The position numbers were made by a program, and so were the translations under genes. DNA of 64,000 nucleotides from Candidatus Deferrimicrobiaceae bacterium (GTDB lineage Bacteria; Desulfobacterota; Deferrimicrobia; Deferrimicrobiales; Deferrimicrobiaceae): contig CAWBVY010000006.1 in assembly GCA_963792415.1 (NCBI GenBank), forward strand, positions 544,001 to 608,000. The letters are read 5' to 3'. This document shows positions 20,473-29,870 of the stretch, piece after piece (position 1 is the first letter of the stretch; each line of letters begins with the position of its first letter). The notes beneath the pieces were generated by a model. It had not been told where the DNA came from and made no database searches. It saw nothing but the letters and a program-made list of their open reading frames with translations.

Positions 20473-21393
20473 TCAGTCTTTGGAATGTGGTTGCCCATGT
20501 AGGTCCTTGCGCACCTTTTTGGCAACGGAATCCAACGATGAAAATATCTCATCCCCCTTTTTCCAGAAATCCCTAATTGATTTAGGATCCAGGTACAACC
20601 GATATTTCTGCAAAATATCTATTTTCGATATAATTTCTGCAATATTTTTAATTATATCCTTACTGAATATTTCGACGAGCGATACCCTGAGACTTAATAT
20701 TTCCGTTTTCAATTCTTTAAGAATCTTCTTTCCTTCGTCAAAATTTGTCGGTTTACTGTTTTTTTCTCTTGTCCAATCCAATATATATCTCTCAATAAGG
20801 TCACAAAATTTCCTGGATATCATATCATTTAATTTTTTCCTGGCGGCTTCATTTGGATCCCTCGAGGTTTCATCTTCTGGCATATTTCGTATTTTCAATA
20901 TCTTTTGGGCAATTTGTCTACTTAACTTCTCTCGAAAATCAACGATGGAATCATATCTTTCTACCAAACCTTGCTTAACGCAATCATCCATAAACTTCAT
21001 TAGTAATCCATATTTTTTTAAGTCAACGCTGCCTGGCACCACTGGTGTCGTTGAAAAATATAGCATCACTGGCTTTTCTGCCTTTTGGAATTCCATAATT
21101 TCTTCTATAGTACGTGATTCTGAAAAACCAGTATCTGCTCCAAGACTCGTCCAAAATGCTCCGATCAAAATGTCGCAATCTTTTGCAATCTGTAAACTTA
21201 ATCCTGTCTTGGAGTGACCTCTCATTTCTTGAATAAAAAGTTCTTCCAAAATAACTGGAAGTAACAGTGCTCTCATCTTCGGAAAATAGGTTCTGTTCCA
21301 TGACGCAATTATCTCTTGAATGATTTTCCGTTCTGCCATTACGTCATTAGGCGATACAATTAAAATACGATAAACGGTGGCTTGAAAAGTCAT
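20473..21393 (-). CDS. DUF4062-like domain protein, AT-rich
   Basis: ILIVSP.DV..ER, CDILIGAFWT.LG.TG..S.T.EEI, KPVMLYFS; strongly AT-rich relative to its flanks. Confidence 0.7.
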   Translation of the reverse strand: MTFQATVYRILIVSPNDVMAERKIIQEIIASWNRTYFPKMRALLLPVILEELFIQEMRGHSKTGLSLQIAKDCDILIGAFWTSLGADTGFSESRTIEEIMEFQKAEKPVMLYFSTTPVVPGSVDLKKYGLLMKFMDDCVKQGLVERYDSIVDFREKLSRQIAQKILKIRNMPEDETSRDPNEAARKKLNDMISRKFCDLIERYILDWTREKNSKPTNFDEGKKILKELKTEILSLRVSLVEIFSKDIIKNIAEIISKIDILQKYRLYLDPKSIRDFWKKGDEIFSSLDSVAKKVRKDLHGQPHSKD

Positions 21394-21612
21394 GTGCCTC
21401 CCCCCGCATTTCTCCGAATGCCCCCTGCGATCGAATGAACCCCTTCCTTCTTGACGGTCTTCCTCATTTCATGGTCCCGATAACGTATGTCCTATGTTCC
21501 CGTAGCGTTATATCGGCAAGGAAGACAACAAACTTTATGACGCTTCGCGGGACAATTTCCCCCCCGCCGCAAACAGGGTGGCCCTATCCCCTTGTCACTC
21601 GCCTGAATGTAT

Positions 21613-21632
21613 GGCGGTATATACACACCGCC
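21613..21632. promoter_or_regulatory. Palindromic putative operator
   Basis: GGCGGT-ATATACAC-ACCGCC just upstream of the small DNA-binding-like gene. Confidence 0.45.
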
Positions 21633-21649
21633 GGAAGAGGCAGGGGAAG

Positions 21650-21823
21650 ATGGAAGACGAAATCAAGGTGATTGCCAGGATGGACCGGAAGAAAAAAATC
21701 CGGCTGTACCACGTCCTCCTTGACGAGGGGAAAACCTTTTCCGCATGGCTTCGGGATCAGATTGATGCCTACCTCGCGGAGAAGGAACCGAAGGGGAAAC
21801 GGCACAAGGGGAAGAAGGGGTGA
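21650..21823 (+). CDS. Small putative ribbon-helix-helix DNA-binding protein
   Basis: MEDEIKVIARMD...EGKTFSAWLRDQIDAYL strand-helix-helix pattern; AGGGG RBS. Confidence 0.6.
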   Translation: MEDEIKVIARMDRKKKIRLYHVLLDEGKTFSAWLRDQIDAYLAEKEPKGKRHKGKKG

Positions 21824-21826
21824 GGG

Positions 21827-22048
21827 TTGGACCGGAAAATCCGATATTGGATAGTGGTTTGGATGGTGTTGTTGTGTGCGGGGTGCGCACACTCAAAGGA
21901 CCAGATAACGAAGGATGCCGAGTCCAAAGAGATGTATATGAAGGATGTAGATTCCTGCACCCGGAAGTCGAGAAGGACAGGGGTCTGGGCCAAATTGTTC
22001 AAGCCTCCCTCATACCATGAATGTATGAGCGAACGTGGGTGGAAATAA
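21827..22048 (+). CDS. Small lipoprotein
   Basis: Lipobox CAGC; D...C...ECM.ERGW pattern. Confidence 0.6.
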   Translation: MDRKIRYWIVVWMVLLCAGCAHSKDQITKDAESKEMYMKDVDSCTRKSRRTGVWAKLFKPPSYHECMSERGWK

Positions 22049-22078
22049 CCGCCAAGAAGGCCAGGTGCGAACAGAATG

Positions 22079-22165
22079 AAAAAGGGGTCAGGCCGGTAAG
22101 CCTAACCCCTTGAATCGTCTGGTGGAGCTGATCGGGATCGAACCGACGGCCTCCTGAATGCCATT
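22079..22165 (-). repeat. att-type duplication of the tRNA-Ala 3' half plus terminator (copy 3)
   Basis: Near-identical to 24807-24893. Confidence 0.9.
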
Positions 22166-22283
22166 GCGTCATAATAGACGGAACCACAATAACTTCAATG
22201 GGTTGTGGGATGCAGAATGCGGCAATCCGCACCCTTCTGAAGGCAACACTGGCAACGGAATGGCAACTGGAACCTGAAGCCAT

Positions 22284-22357
22284 GTACGTCGTCAGAAGGA
22301 ATGGCAATTATCAGGGCCTGTGTTAAGGTACGGTTTTTCCCCGTCCGGTCCCCGCGG
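22284..22357. repeat. 74-bp direct repeat, copy A
   Basis: Matches 23528-23601 with two mismatches. Confidence 0.92.
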
Positions 22358-22407
22358 GAGAGGCCGCTGTGGACCTCGAAGAACACCTGCATCCCCTTTT
22401 CCGTCAT
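22358..22407 (-). pseudogene. Truncated 5' end of a probable class I SAM methyltransferase gene
   Basis: GGAG RBS; MTEKGMQVFFEVHSGLSR resembles the FFEIHSGLPREGPG N-terminus; cut off at the repeat. Confidence 0.4.
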
Positions 22408-22424
22408 CCGGAAGATCTCCGGGG

Positions 22425-22955
22425 TCACAGGTTCTTCTTCTCGAACCAGAAAAACAGGCCGGCGACCGCCGCCCAGAAGAAGGGGGCGATCACCCACGGT
22501 GAAACGCCCAGCGCCTCCGGCAGTCCGATCCTGCCGTAATCCTTCCACGCGAGGACCGTCGACTTGAAGAAGGGGTAGAGCTCGGCGTAGACGGCGGCCC
22601 CCGTCACCATCCCCGCGATGGCGAACAGCGCATGCCAGCGTCCTTCCCCGACAGCGCCCACCGACGTTCCGGGGCAGAAACCCATCACCGCCCACCCGGC
22701 TCCGAAGAGCGCCCCCCCGATCACCACCGCACCCACGTTCATCGGTTTGTGGCCCAGCTTGATGATCCCCGCGTCGGAAAGGAGCAGGATCCCGACCATA
22801 CCCACCAGGATCGACGATAACATGAACTTGAGGATCGTCATGTCCTTCAGCAGCAGCGCGCCCAGCTGCTTTTCGTAGCGCAGCACGCGCCCCTTCTGCA
22901 ACAGGAACCCGAAGATCACCCCGGTGATGAGTCCCAGCGCCTGATCGACGGTCAT
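22425..22955 (-). CDS. YeeE/YedE-family sulfur-compound transporter subunit
   Basis: G..FGFLLQKG, GG.LFG.GW...GFCPGTS. Confidence 0.88.
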   Translation of the reverse strand: MTVDQALGLITGVIFGFLLQKGRVLRYEKQLGALLLKDMTILKFMLSSILVGMVGILLLSDAGIIKLGHKPMNVGAVVIGGALFGAGWAVMGFCPGTSVGAVGEGRWHALFAIAGMVTGAAVYAELYPFFKSTVLAWKDYGRIGLPEALGVSPWVIAPFFWAAVAGLFFWFEKKNL

Positions 22956-23494
22956 GACGGCCTCCTACTGTAGACCAGCCGGGCGACCACGACGCCCGCG
23001 CCGAAGAACATGACAAGCGCCACGAACGCGCTCACCGAAAGCTGCATCATCCCGCTCAGGCCGTGCCCGCTGGGACAGCCGTCCGCCATGCGGGCCCCCA
23101 CCATGGCGACGATCCCGCCCAGGAACGCGGCGGCCGCCCGTTTCCCGACGGATGGGCCGAACCGTTCCTCCCAAGTCGGGGGCACGCCCTCCGACTTGAA
23201 GCTGTTGTCCATCCTAGAGGAGATCAGCGCGCCGAGGAAAATGCCGAGGACCAGCATGAACTGCCAGTCCACGCGGACCTTTTCCTTGGTGAAATACTCG
23301 CTTTCCGCCACGTGCTCCGGGGCGACCGTCCGCTCGAGAAGCCCCGCGGCCCGGACGAACGTGGTCGACGCGCCCAGGTAGGTCGTTTTCCCCAGAAGCT
23401 GCGTGGTCGCGATCACGGAAGCGATGGCTAGCAATCCCAGCAGCGCTCCCGCTACGTAAGGGTTCCATCCCCCGTCACCGGATTTCCGTTCCAT
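22952..23494 (-). CDS. YeeE/YedE-family sulfur-compound transporter subunit
   Basis: WNPYVAG.LLG, LGAST, DWQ, GARMADGCPSGHG. Confidence 0.88.
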   Translation of the reverse strand: MERKSGDGGWNPYVAGALLGLLAIASVIATTQLLGKTTYLGASTTFVRAAGLLERTVAPEHVAESEYFTKEKVRVDWQFMLVLGIFLGALISSRMDNSFKSEGVPPTWEERFGPSVGKRAAAAFLGGIVAMVGARMADGCPSGHGLSGMMQLSVSAFVALVMFFGAGVVVARLVYSRRPS

Positions 23495-23527
23495 CGTTGC
23501 CCCCTTTCCCTCGCAGGCTGTGGCCTC

Positions 23528-23601
23528 GTACGTCGTCAGAAGGAATGGCAATTATCAGGGCCTGAGTTAAGGTACGGTTTTTCCCCGTCCGGTCCCTGCG
23601 G
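23528..23601. repeat. 74-bp direct repeat, copy B
   Basis: Matches 22284-22357. Confidence 0.92.
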
Positions 23602-23689
23602 TTGATGGTTGGTCACCCTGCACCGGGATAGGGTTTCTCGCTTTAGTTTCTCCCGACGCGTCGGAATCGACTCCCTCCTTCCATCCATA

Positions 23690-24200
23690 TTACACATCAT
23701 CCTGCGTCACGTTGCCAATCGCTTCGTGATATCGCTGTCCGCTGTAGAAGAAGGTGAACCGGCCGATCTCCTCCTCCAGTTCCGCCGGCGTTTCCCACGT
23801 AAAGAGGTTCACCCGCTCCTTGCAGGAGCGGTGATACCGCTCGATCTTGCCGTTGGTCTGCGGGTGGAACGGCGAGGCGAAGATGCGCCCGATCCCCTTG
23901 GCCTCGAAGTAATCGCCGAAGGGCTTCGAGATCCGCGCCGCGCCGTTGTCCGACAGAAGCTTCGCACGGTTTTCGACGGGAACCTCGTGCATCCCCGTCG
24001 CCTCGCACGCCAGCTCCACCACCTCGCTGAACGCGCCCGCATCCATGGCACTCTGAAGCTTCCACGCCAGGGTCTTCCGGCTGAAGTCGTCCAGGATCGA
24101 GATCAGGTAGTACCAGCCCCAGCTCTTCACCAGCAGGTACGTCGCGTCCGTCTGCCACATCTGATCGGGCCGCTTCGTCTTCACGCGATATTCCGGGGGG
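23690..24200 (-). mobile_element. IS3-superfamily DDE transposase fragment (rve core)
   Basis: [35 protein letters not shown]; truncated at both ends. Confidence 0.85.
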
Positions 24201-24214
24201 GGATGCCGGGAACC

Positions 24215-24545
24215 GCCGCGGCGGCGCTCAAGGCGGGGAAACCGATGCCGGAGCTGGTCTTCCCTTCCACCACCTGGACAGCCCTTGACCCCTCGCACAT
24301 CCAGAGGGATTTCCACTTCGTGCTGAAGAAGGCGGAGATGCGAAGGATTCCGTTCCACGACACGCGGCATCCCTTTGCCTCCCTGCTGCTGCGGAAGGGT
24401 GAGAGCCCGGTCTATGTGCCGCACCAGCTGGGACACCACGACATCTCGATGACGGTGGGGACCTGCGGCCACCTGATCCCGGGTGACAACCGGCAGGCCG
24501 TCAACCGGCTCGCCGATGCCGACTGGCGGGGGAAAAAGGTTACCG
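24215..24545 (+). pseudogene. Tyrosine integrase C-terminal fragment
   Basis: FHDTRH.FAS.L, QLGH.DISMT; the catalytic Tyr position reads Cys (MTVGTCGHL); N-terminus absent. Confidence 0.85.
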
Positions 24546-24593
24546 GAAAGGCAGTTCAGACCCGGACTGGTAACAGATTGGCAACTGGGCAAG

Positions 24594-24677
24594 AAAAAGG
24601 GGTCAGGCTGGTAAGCCTAACCCCTTGAATCGTTTGGTGGAGCTGATCGGGATCGAACCGACGGCCTCCTGAATGCC
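24594..24677 (-). repeat. att-type duplication of the tRNA-Ala 3' half plus terminator (copy 2)
   Basis: Near-identical to 24807-24890; ends in the anticodon loop. Confidence 0.9.
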
Positions 24678-24678
24678 C

Positions 24679-24807
24679 GAAACCGCAACGACCGAAAGAC
24701 TCTACGCGAACCTCACCCCCGGCGCGGCGCGTGAATTGCCGAACGTCATAGAGCAGTTTGTAAGGAATGAGGGGGCACGGAATGCGAACGGGATGCGAAC
24801 AGAGTAA
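24679..24807 (+). pseudogene. Extreme C-terminal remnant of a second tyrosine integrase
   Basis: ETATTERLYANLTPG...RNANGMRTE*; TT..Y..L catalytic-Tyr motif next to the att site. Confidence 0.5.
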
Positions 24808-24847
24808 AAAAGGGGTCAGGCTGGTAAGCCTAACCCCTTGAATCGTC

Positions 24848-24923
24848 TGGTGGAGCTGATCGGGATCGAACCGACGGCCTCCTGAATGCCATTCAGGCGC
24901 TCTCCCAGCTGAGCTACAGCCCC
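24848..24923 (-). tRNA. tRNA-Ala(GGC)
   Basis: GGGGCTGTAGCTCAGCTGGGAGAGCG-CCTGA-ATGGCAT-TCAGG...GGTTCGATCC...AGCTCCACCA. Confidence 0.97.
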
Positions 24924-24989
24924 ACGTTATGTAACGACGAAGATTACCCCATCATGCCGCGAAATGCAATGGCGATCACTTTTTCGTGA

Positions 24990-25598
24990 TCACTTTTTCG
25001 AGAGGAGGTACACCGCGGACTCGGCGAACAGGTTGGGGCCGAACCCGCGCAGCACCCTCCCCCCGCGGTCGTTGGAGAGGTAGACCCGCTGCTCCACCCG
25101 CAGGGAGTACTTCCGGCAATACTCCTCGAAATCCGTCACCGTGCAGAAGTGGATGTTCGGCGTGTCGTACCACTCGTAGGGGAGATACTCCGTCTTCGGC
25201 ATCCGGCCGCGCAGCAGCAGGTACGACCGCATCTTCCAGTGGGCGAAGTTGGGGAACCCGACCACCGCCTTCTCGCCCACCCGCAGCATCTCCGAGAGGA
25301 CGACGTGGGGCTTCTTCACCGCCTGGAGCGTCTGGTTGAGGATGATGTAGTCGAACGACCGGTCGGGGTAATCCTTCAACCCGTGGTCGATGTCTTCCTG
25401 CAGGACCGCGAGCCCCCTGGCGATGCACTCCCGGATCCCCTCGTCCGAGATCTCGATGCCGCTGCCGCGGACATCCTTCGTTCGCACCATCTTCTCGAGG
25501 AGGGACCCGTCGCCGCACCCGAGGTCGAGCACCTTCGCGCCGCGGGGGACGATGTCGAGGATGATGTCGTGGTCGATCCTTGTCCCTGCCGGGCTCAA
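24990..25598 (-). CDS. metW: Methionine biosynthesis protein MetW (SAM methyltransferase fold)
   Basis: VLDLGCGDG, LNQTLQ, FPNFAHW, GRMP...LPYEWYDTPNIH; start approximate (TTG with GGAG RBS). Confidence 0.9.
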   Translation of the reverse strand: MSPAGTRIDHDIILDIVPRGAKVLDLGCGDGSLLEKMVRTKDVRGSGIEISDEGIRECIARGLAVLQEDIDHGLKDYPDRSFDYIILNQTLQAVKKPHVVLSEMLRVGEKAVVGFPNFAHWKMRSYLLLRGRMPKTEYLPYEWYDTPNIHFCTVTDFEEYCRKYSLRVEQRVYLSNDRGGRVLRGFGPNLFAESAVYLLSKK

Positions 25599-25660
25599 CG
25601 GGGTGACGCTCCTGTTCCGCGGGTGTGGGGAGGCATTGTAGGCGCCCGGCGAAGGCCGTG

Positions 25661-26284
25661 TCAAACCGCCGCGCCGCAGTGCGGCAGGCGCAACGCCAGC
25701 TCGGCGAGGTTGTGGAGAATGCGCGCCGTCGCCCCCCAGATCGTGAAGCGGTCGTAGTCGAGGAAGTACACCATGTACGGCTTCCCGAGGAAGGTCGTAC
25801 AGGCGGCGCGGTACCGGGAGAGGTCGGTGAACGCCGACAACGGGGCGTCGAACGTCTCCGCCACCTCGAACCCGTCCAGGTGAAACCGGGCGTCCCACGG
25901 GATCCGGGCGACGAACGGCTGGATGCAGAACCCGGTGACCGTCGGGACCCGCTCCATCGCCCCCAGCAACTCCACGTCCCCCCCCCGGATTCCCAGCTCC
26001 TCCTCCGCCTCGCGCAGAGCGGTGCCGAGGAGGTCCCGGTCGCCCGGGTCGCGGCTTCCGCCGGGAAAGCAGATCTGCCCCTTGTGGTGGGGGACGCGCT
26101 CGGTCCGGCGGGAGAGCGTCACCGTGATCTCCCCGCCGGCATCCCGCAACGGGACCAGAACCCCCGCGGAGCGCAGCCCCGGGGCCGCCGGCTCGGTGGT
26201 CGCAACCGGGGAAAGCGCCCCCCGGAGCGCGCCGAAGAACCGGTCCGTCGACTCCACGGCGCCGCTCGATCCCCCAAGATGCAT
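25661..26284 (-). CDS. Nudix hydrolase, CoA pyrophosphatase type
   Basis: H.GQICFPGG, ALREAEEELGI Nudix box, IWGATA; start uncertain. Confidence 0.88.
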   Translation of the reverse strand: MHLGGSSGAVESTDRFFGALRGALSPVATTEPAAPGLRSAGVLVPLRDAGGEITVTLSRRTERVPHHKGQICFPGGSRDPGDRDLLGTALREAEEELGIRGGDVELLGAMERVPTVTGFCIQPFVARIPWDARFHLDGFEVAETFDAPLSAFTDLSRYRAACTTFLGKPYMVYFLDYDRFTIWGATARILHNLAELALRLPHCGAAV

Positions 26285-26373
26285 CAATGCGCGTTCCTTC
26301 ACCGGAGCCTTCCCTTCCCTATTGGGATTCCGACGGCAGGCCGCGGGTTCCGGCCCGCGGTCCATTTCTCCGC

Positions 26374-28401
26374 TCATTCCCCCCCGGGATCGAGCACGGC
26401 GAGGAGCTGCCCCTCTTCGACCCGGTCGTTCACTTTGACGCACAGTTCGCGGATGACGCCCGCCAGCGGGGACTTCACCGCGTTCTCGGTCTTCATCACC
26501 TCGATGTTCATGATCTCCTCCCCCTTCCGGAGGCGGTCCCCTTCCTTCAGCGTCCGGTCCTTCGTCCCGATCCGCCACACGGTCCCGGTGACGGTCGCGC
26601 CGACCTCCCCCTTGTTCCCGGGGGACGCCTTCCGGACCGTCTTGCGCGCCGCCGCGGCCTCGGGCAGCTCCACGGGGAAGACGTGCATGATGTTGTCCAC
26701 GGAAAGCACCACTTGTTTTACGCCCCCAACCCCCTCGCCGATGGAGACCAGCCGGATGGCGTGCGGCTTCTTGCCGATCGTGATCATCACCTCGTCCCCG
26801 GGCCGGCGAAGGCCGTGGAACCAGACGTTGGTCGGCAGCACCGTGGTGTCGCCGTACCGGGCGCGGAACTTGAGGAAATCGGTCGCCGCCTTCGGGTGCA
26901 TCAGGTAGAGGACGAATTCCTCCTGCGTGACGGAGCGGCCCATCTCGGCTTCCATCGCCGCCCGCGCTTTTTCCAGGTCCTCGTCCGGAAGCGCAGACAG
27001 CGGGGAGGAGGGGACCCGCTCCGCCTCGACCTTCTCGGCCCACCCTTCCCCGAAGGCGCTCCGGTAGACCCAGTCCTTCGGCCACCCGAACGGGAGGGGG
27101 CCGTACTTCCCGAGCAGGAGGTTTTTGAGATCGTCGGTGGCCACCGTGTAGAGCCGCAGCAGCACGTTCTGATCGGCGTGGGCAAGCGCCTCGAGACGTT
27201 CCCCCGCCTCGAAGTACCGGTCGAGGACGCTGAACAGCCGCTTGACGCTGTGCTCCCCGCCCTCCTTGTGGTACCGCTGCAGGATCGCCGCCCACGTCGT
27301 CCACGTGATCTGCGACCCCGGGGTCACGTCGAAATACTTGATGATCCGGTTCCCGTACGACATCCCCTTCAGGACGTGCGGCATGAGATCGAGGAACCCC
27401 CCCTTCTCCGCCTGCTCGAAGGAGGAGGGGAAGGCGCCGCCCGGCATCCGGTGGGCAGTGACGTCGTTGGAGAACCCCTTGAACTGCGATTCGAACCGAT
27501 CGTAGTTCCGGATGAAGCCGCGGACCGCGTCGGACGCCTCGTCGGCCCGCGCCATGTCGAACCGGACCTCGTGCCCCAGCTCCCGCAGGTACCGCACCAG
27601 CGGACGCACCGGCGGGTGCCCGTAGAACCGGGAAAAGGCGTCGTCGGTCACGTCGAAGAGCTTCGCCCCCGCCTCCGCGGCCGCGGCCATGGCCGGCATC
27701 ACCAGGCCGTCCGTGGAGTGCCGGTGGTACAGGATGATGAGCCCCGGGTACTTCTGGAGAAACGCGTCCACGAGGCGCCGGATCCGGGCCGGGCTGCCCA
27801 CCCCGGCCATGTCCTTGATCACCAGGATGATGTCCTTCGTTCCGCCGCACAGGGAGACGATCTCCTTGAGCACCCGGAGGTAGTAGGCGTCCGTCGTCTC
27901 GGGGGATTCGGTGAAGGAGATGGCCGGCGAGAAGATCTTCCCCCCCCGCAGGACCTCCTCGGCCACCGGCGCCATGTTCGGGACGTAGTTCAGGAAGTCG
28001 AAGCACCGCCACACGTCGATCGTGGGGAGGAACGACTCGACCGCCAGCCGCACGGTGTTCCTGGAGTACATCCGGTACCCCCAGAGGTTCGTGCCGCGAA
28101 CGAGCGTCTGGGTGAGGACGTTCGGCATGAGCGACGCGAAGAGGCGCGCCTCCTCGAAGGGGTCGATCATGTTGTTCATCATGTTCTGGTGCAGGCGGGC
28201 GCCGCCGTGGGAGTCGATGGCGAAGTATCCCGAGGCGTCGTAGATCCGGAGCAGGCGGGACATGTCGTGGAGCGTGAACCGGTTCTTGAAGTCGCTCTGG
28301 CCGGTGTCGCGCGGACCGGTCCCGACGAGCCAGATCGCCTTCCCGTCCCGGATGGTCTTGAGGACCTTCCGGTACCCCTTCTTCTTCAGGCTGCCCGGCA
28401 T
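26374..28401 (-). CDS. pycB: Pyruvate carboxylase beta subunit (carboxyltransferase plus biotinyl domain)
   Basis: RDTGQS, KDMAG, HRHST, MPGG, VTPGSQ; C-terminal EVMKTE biotin-attachment Lys. Confidence 0.8.
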   Translation of the reverse strand: MPGSLKKKGYRKVLKTIRDGKAIWLVGTGPRDTGQSDFKNRFTLHDMSRLLRIYDASGYFAIDSHGGARLHQNMMNNMIDPFEEARLFASLMPNVLTQTLVRGTNLWGYRMYSRNTVRLAVESFLPTIDVWRCFDFLNYVPNMAPVAEEVLRGGKIFSPAISFTESPETTDAYYLRVLKEIVSLCGGTKDIILVIKDMAGVGSPARIRRLVDAFLQKYPGLIILYHRHSTDGLVMPAMAAAAEAGAKLFDVTDDAFSRFYGHPPVRPLVRYLRELGHEVRFDMARADEASDAVRGFIRNYDRFESQFKGFSNDVTAHRMPGGAFPSSFEQAEKGGFLDLMPHVLKGMSYGNRIIKYFDVTPGSQITWTTWAAILQRYHKEGGEHSVKRLFSVLDRYFEAGERLEALAHADQNVLLRLYTVATDDLKNLLLGKYGPLPFGWPKDWVYRSAFGEGWAEKVEAERVPSSPLSALPDEDLEKARAAMEAEMGRSVTQEEFVLYLMHPKAATDFLKFRARYGDTTVLPTNVWFHGLRRPGDEVMITIGKKPHAIRLVSIGEGVGGVKQVVLSVDNIMHVFPVELPEAAAARKTVRKASPGNKGEVGATVTGTVWRIGTKDRTLKEGDRLRKGEEIMNIEVMKTENAVKSPLAGVIRELCVKVNDRVEEGQLLAVLDPGGE

Positions 28402-28420
28402 CCCTGGAGAATCCTCCCCC

Positions 28421-29860
28421 TTACCCGCTGTGGATGTTGCGGCCCAGGCCGGAGACCTCGGCGACGAACCCCGCCACCTTGAAGATCTCCTCCTCGGAAT
28501 CCACATATTCGGTCAGCCCGGCGATGTTCTCCTCGATGAACCCGGTGTCGATCCTTCCCGCCACGAAATCCGGGTTGTCCATGATCCGCCGAAGGAGCGG
28601 GATCGTCGTGCGAACGCCCCAGATGTCGTATTCCCGCAAGGCGCGCCGCATCCGCTGGATCGCCGTCTCCCGGTCCTTCCCGACCGAGCAGATCTTCGAC
28701 AGCAGGGAGTCGTAGAACGGGGGGACCTCCCACCCCTGGTAGATCCCGGACTCGGTGCGGACGAAGGGGCCGCTGATCTGGCGCAGGAAGGCGATCCTCC
28801 CGAAAGCGGGGGCGAAGTTGTTCTTGGGGTCCTCCGCGTTGATCCGGCACTGGATCGCGTGGCCGCGCAGCAGCACGTCCCCCTGCCGCAGGGAGAGCCG
28901 CTCGCCGGCCGAGATCTTGTACATCTTCCGGATGATGTCGAAGCCGCTGATCATCTCGGTGACCGTGTGTTCCACCTGGATCCGCGTGTTCACCTCGAGG
29001 GCGTAGAACTTCCCTTCCCGGTCCACGAGGAATTCCAGCGTCCCCGCCGTCTCGTACCCGATGTCCTTCATCGCCTTGACGACCACCGCCCCCATCTTCG
29101 CCCGGACCTCGGGGGTCAGCAGGGAGCTCGGCGCCTCCTCCACCAGCTTCTGGTGCCGCCGCTGGATGGAGCATTCGCGCTCGCCGAGGTGGATGACGTT
29201 GCCGAACCGGTCCGCGAGGAACTGGAATTCGATGTGGCGGCCGCCCTCGATGAACTTCTCGACGAAGACCGTCCCCACCCCGAACGCCTTCTCCGCGACG
29301 GAGCGCGCCGAGGCGAGGCTTTCCTCGACCTCGTCGGCGGAGTAGACCTTCTGCATCCCCTTCCCGCCCCCGCCGGCGGACGCCTTGATGAGGATCGGCC
29401 ACCCCACCCGGTCGCCGAACGCGATCACCTTCCGGGGATCGTCCACGTCCTCGAGGGCGGGGGTCACCGGCACGCCGGAGGCCGAGAGCGCCTTGCGCGC
29501 CGCGATCTTGTCTCCCAGGATCCGCATGACGCGGCCGGACGGCCCGATGAAGACCAGCCCCTCCCGCTCCACCGCCTCCGCGAAGTCGGGGTTCTCCGCG
29601 AGAAACCCGTACCCCGGGAAGACCGCGTCGCAGCCGGAGTCCTTCGCCGCGCGCAGGACCGCGTCGATGTCGAGGTAGCTCATCGAGGCGGGGGACGGTC
29701 CCAGCCGCACCGCCTCGTCGGCGAGCTTCACGTGCAGGGACAGGGCGTCGCAGTCGGAGTACCCCACCACGACGGGGATCCCCAGCTCCCGCGCCGGCCG
29801 GATCGCCCGGCAGGCGATCTCCCCCCGGTTCGCGACGAAGATTTTGCGGAAGACGCCCAC
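28421..29860 (-). CDS. pycA: Biotin carboxylase (pyruvate carboxylase alpha subunit)
   Basis: [45 protein letters not shown]; adjacent to the carboxyltransferase. Confidence 0.85.
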   Translation of the reverse strand: MGVFRKIFVANRGEIACRAIRPARELGIPVVVGYSDCDALSLHVKLADEAVRLGPSPASMSYLDIDAVLRAAKDSGCDAVFPGYGFLAENPDFAEAVEREGLVFIGPSGRVMRILGDKIAARKALSASGVPVTPALEDVDDPRKVIAFGDRVGWPILIKASAGGGGKGMQKVYSADEVEESLASARSVAEKAFGVGTVFVEKFIEGGRHIEFQFLADRFGNVIHLGERECSIQRRHQKLVEEAPSSLLTPEVRAKMGAVVVKAMKDIGYETAGTLEFLVDREGKFYALEVNTRIQVEHTVTEMISGFDIIRKMYKISAGERLSLRQGDVLLRGHAIQCRINAEDPKNNFAPAFGRIAFLRQISGPFVRTESGIYQGWEVPPFYDSLLSKICSVGKDRETAIQRMRRALREYDIWGVRTTIPLLRRIMDNPDFVAGRIDTGFIEENIAGLTEYVDSEEEIFKVAGFVAEVSGLGRNIHSG

Positions 29861-29870
29861 GGGCCCGGAC

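Noticed and set aside
22120-22165. Additional tRNA-Ala genes at 22120 and 24635
   Set aside because: Only the 3' halves are present (no D-arm or 5' acceptor strand); these are att duplications
22284-23601. Integron attC sites as the explanation for the 74-bp repeats
   Set aside because: GTTAAGG does not fit GTTRRRY, there is no RYYYAAC...GTTRRRY palindromic structure, and no IntI is visible
26374-29860. Carboxylase pair as a novel system or a Na+-pumping oxaloacetate decarboxylase
   Set aside because: Biotin carboxylase plus carboxyltransferase-biotinyl subunit with no membrane beta/gamma subunits fits an ordinary two-subunit pyruvate carboxylase
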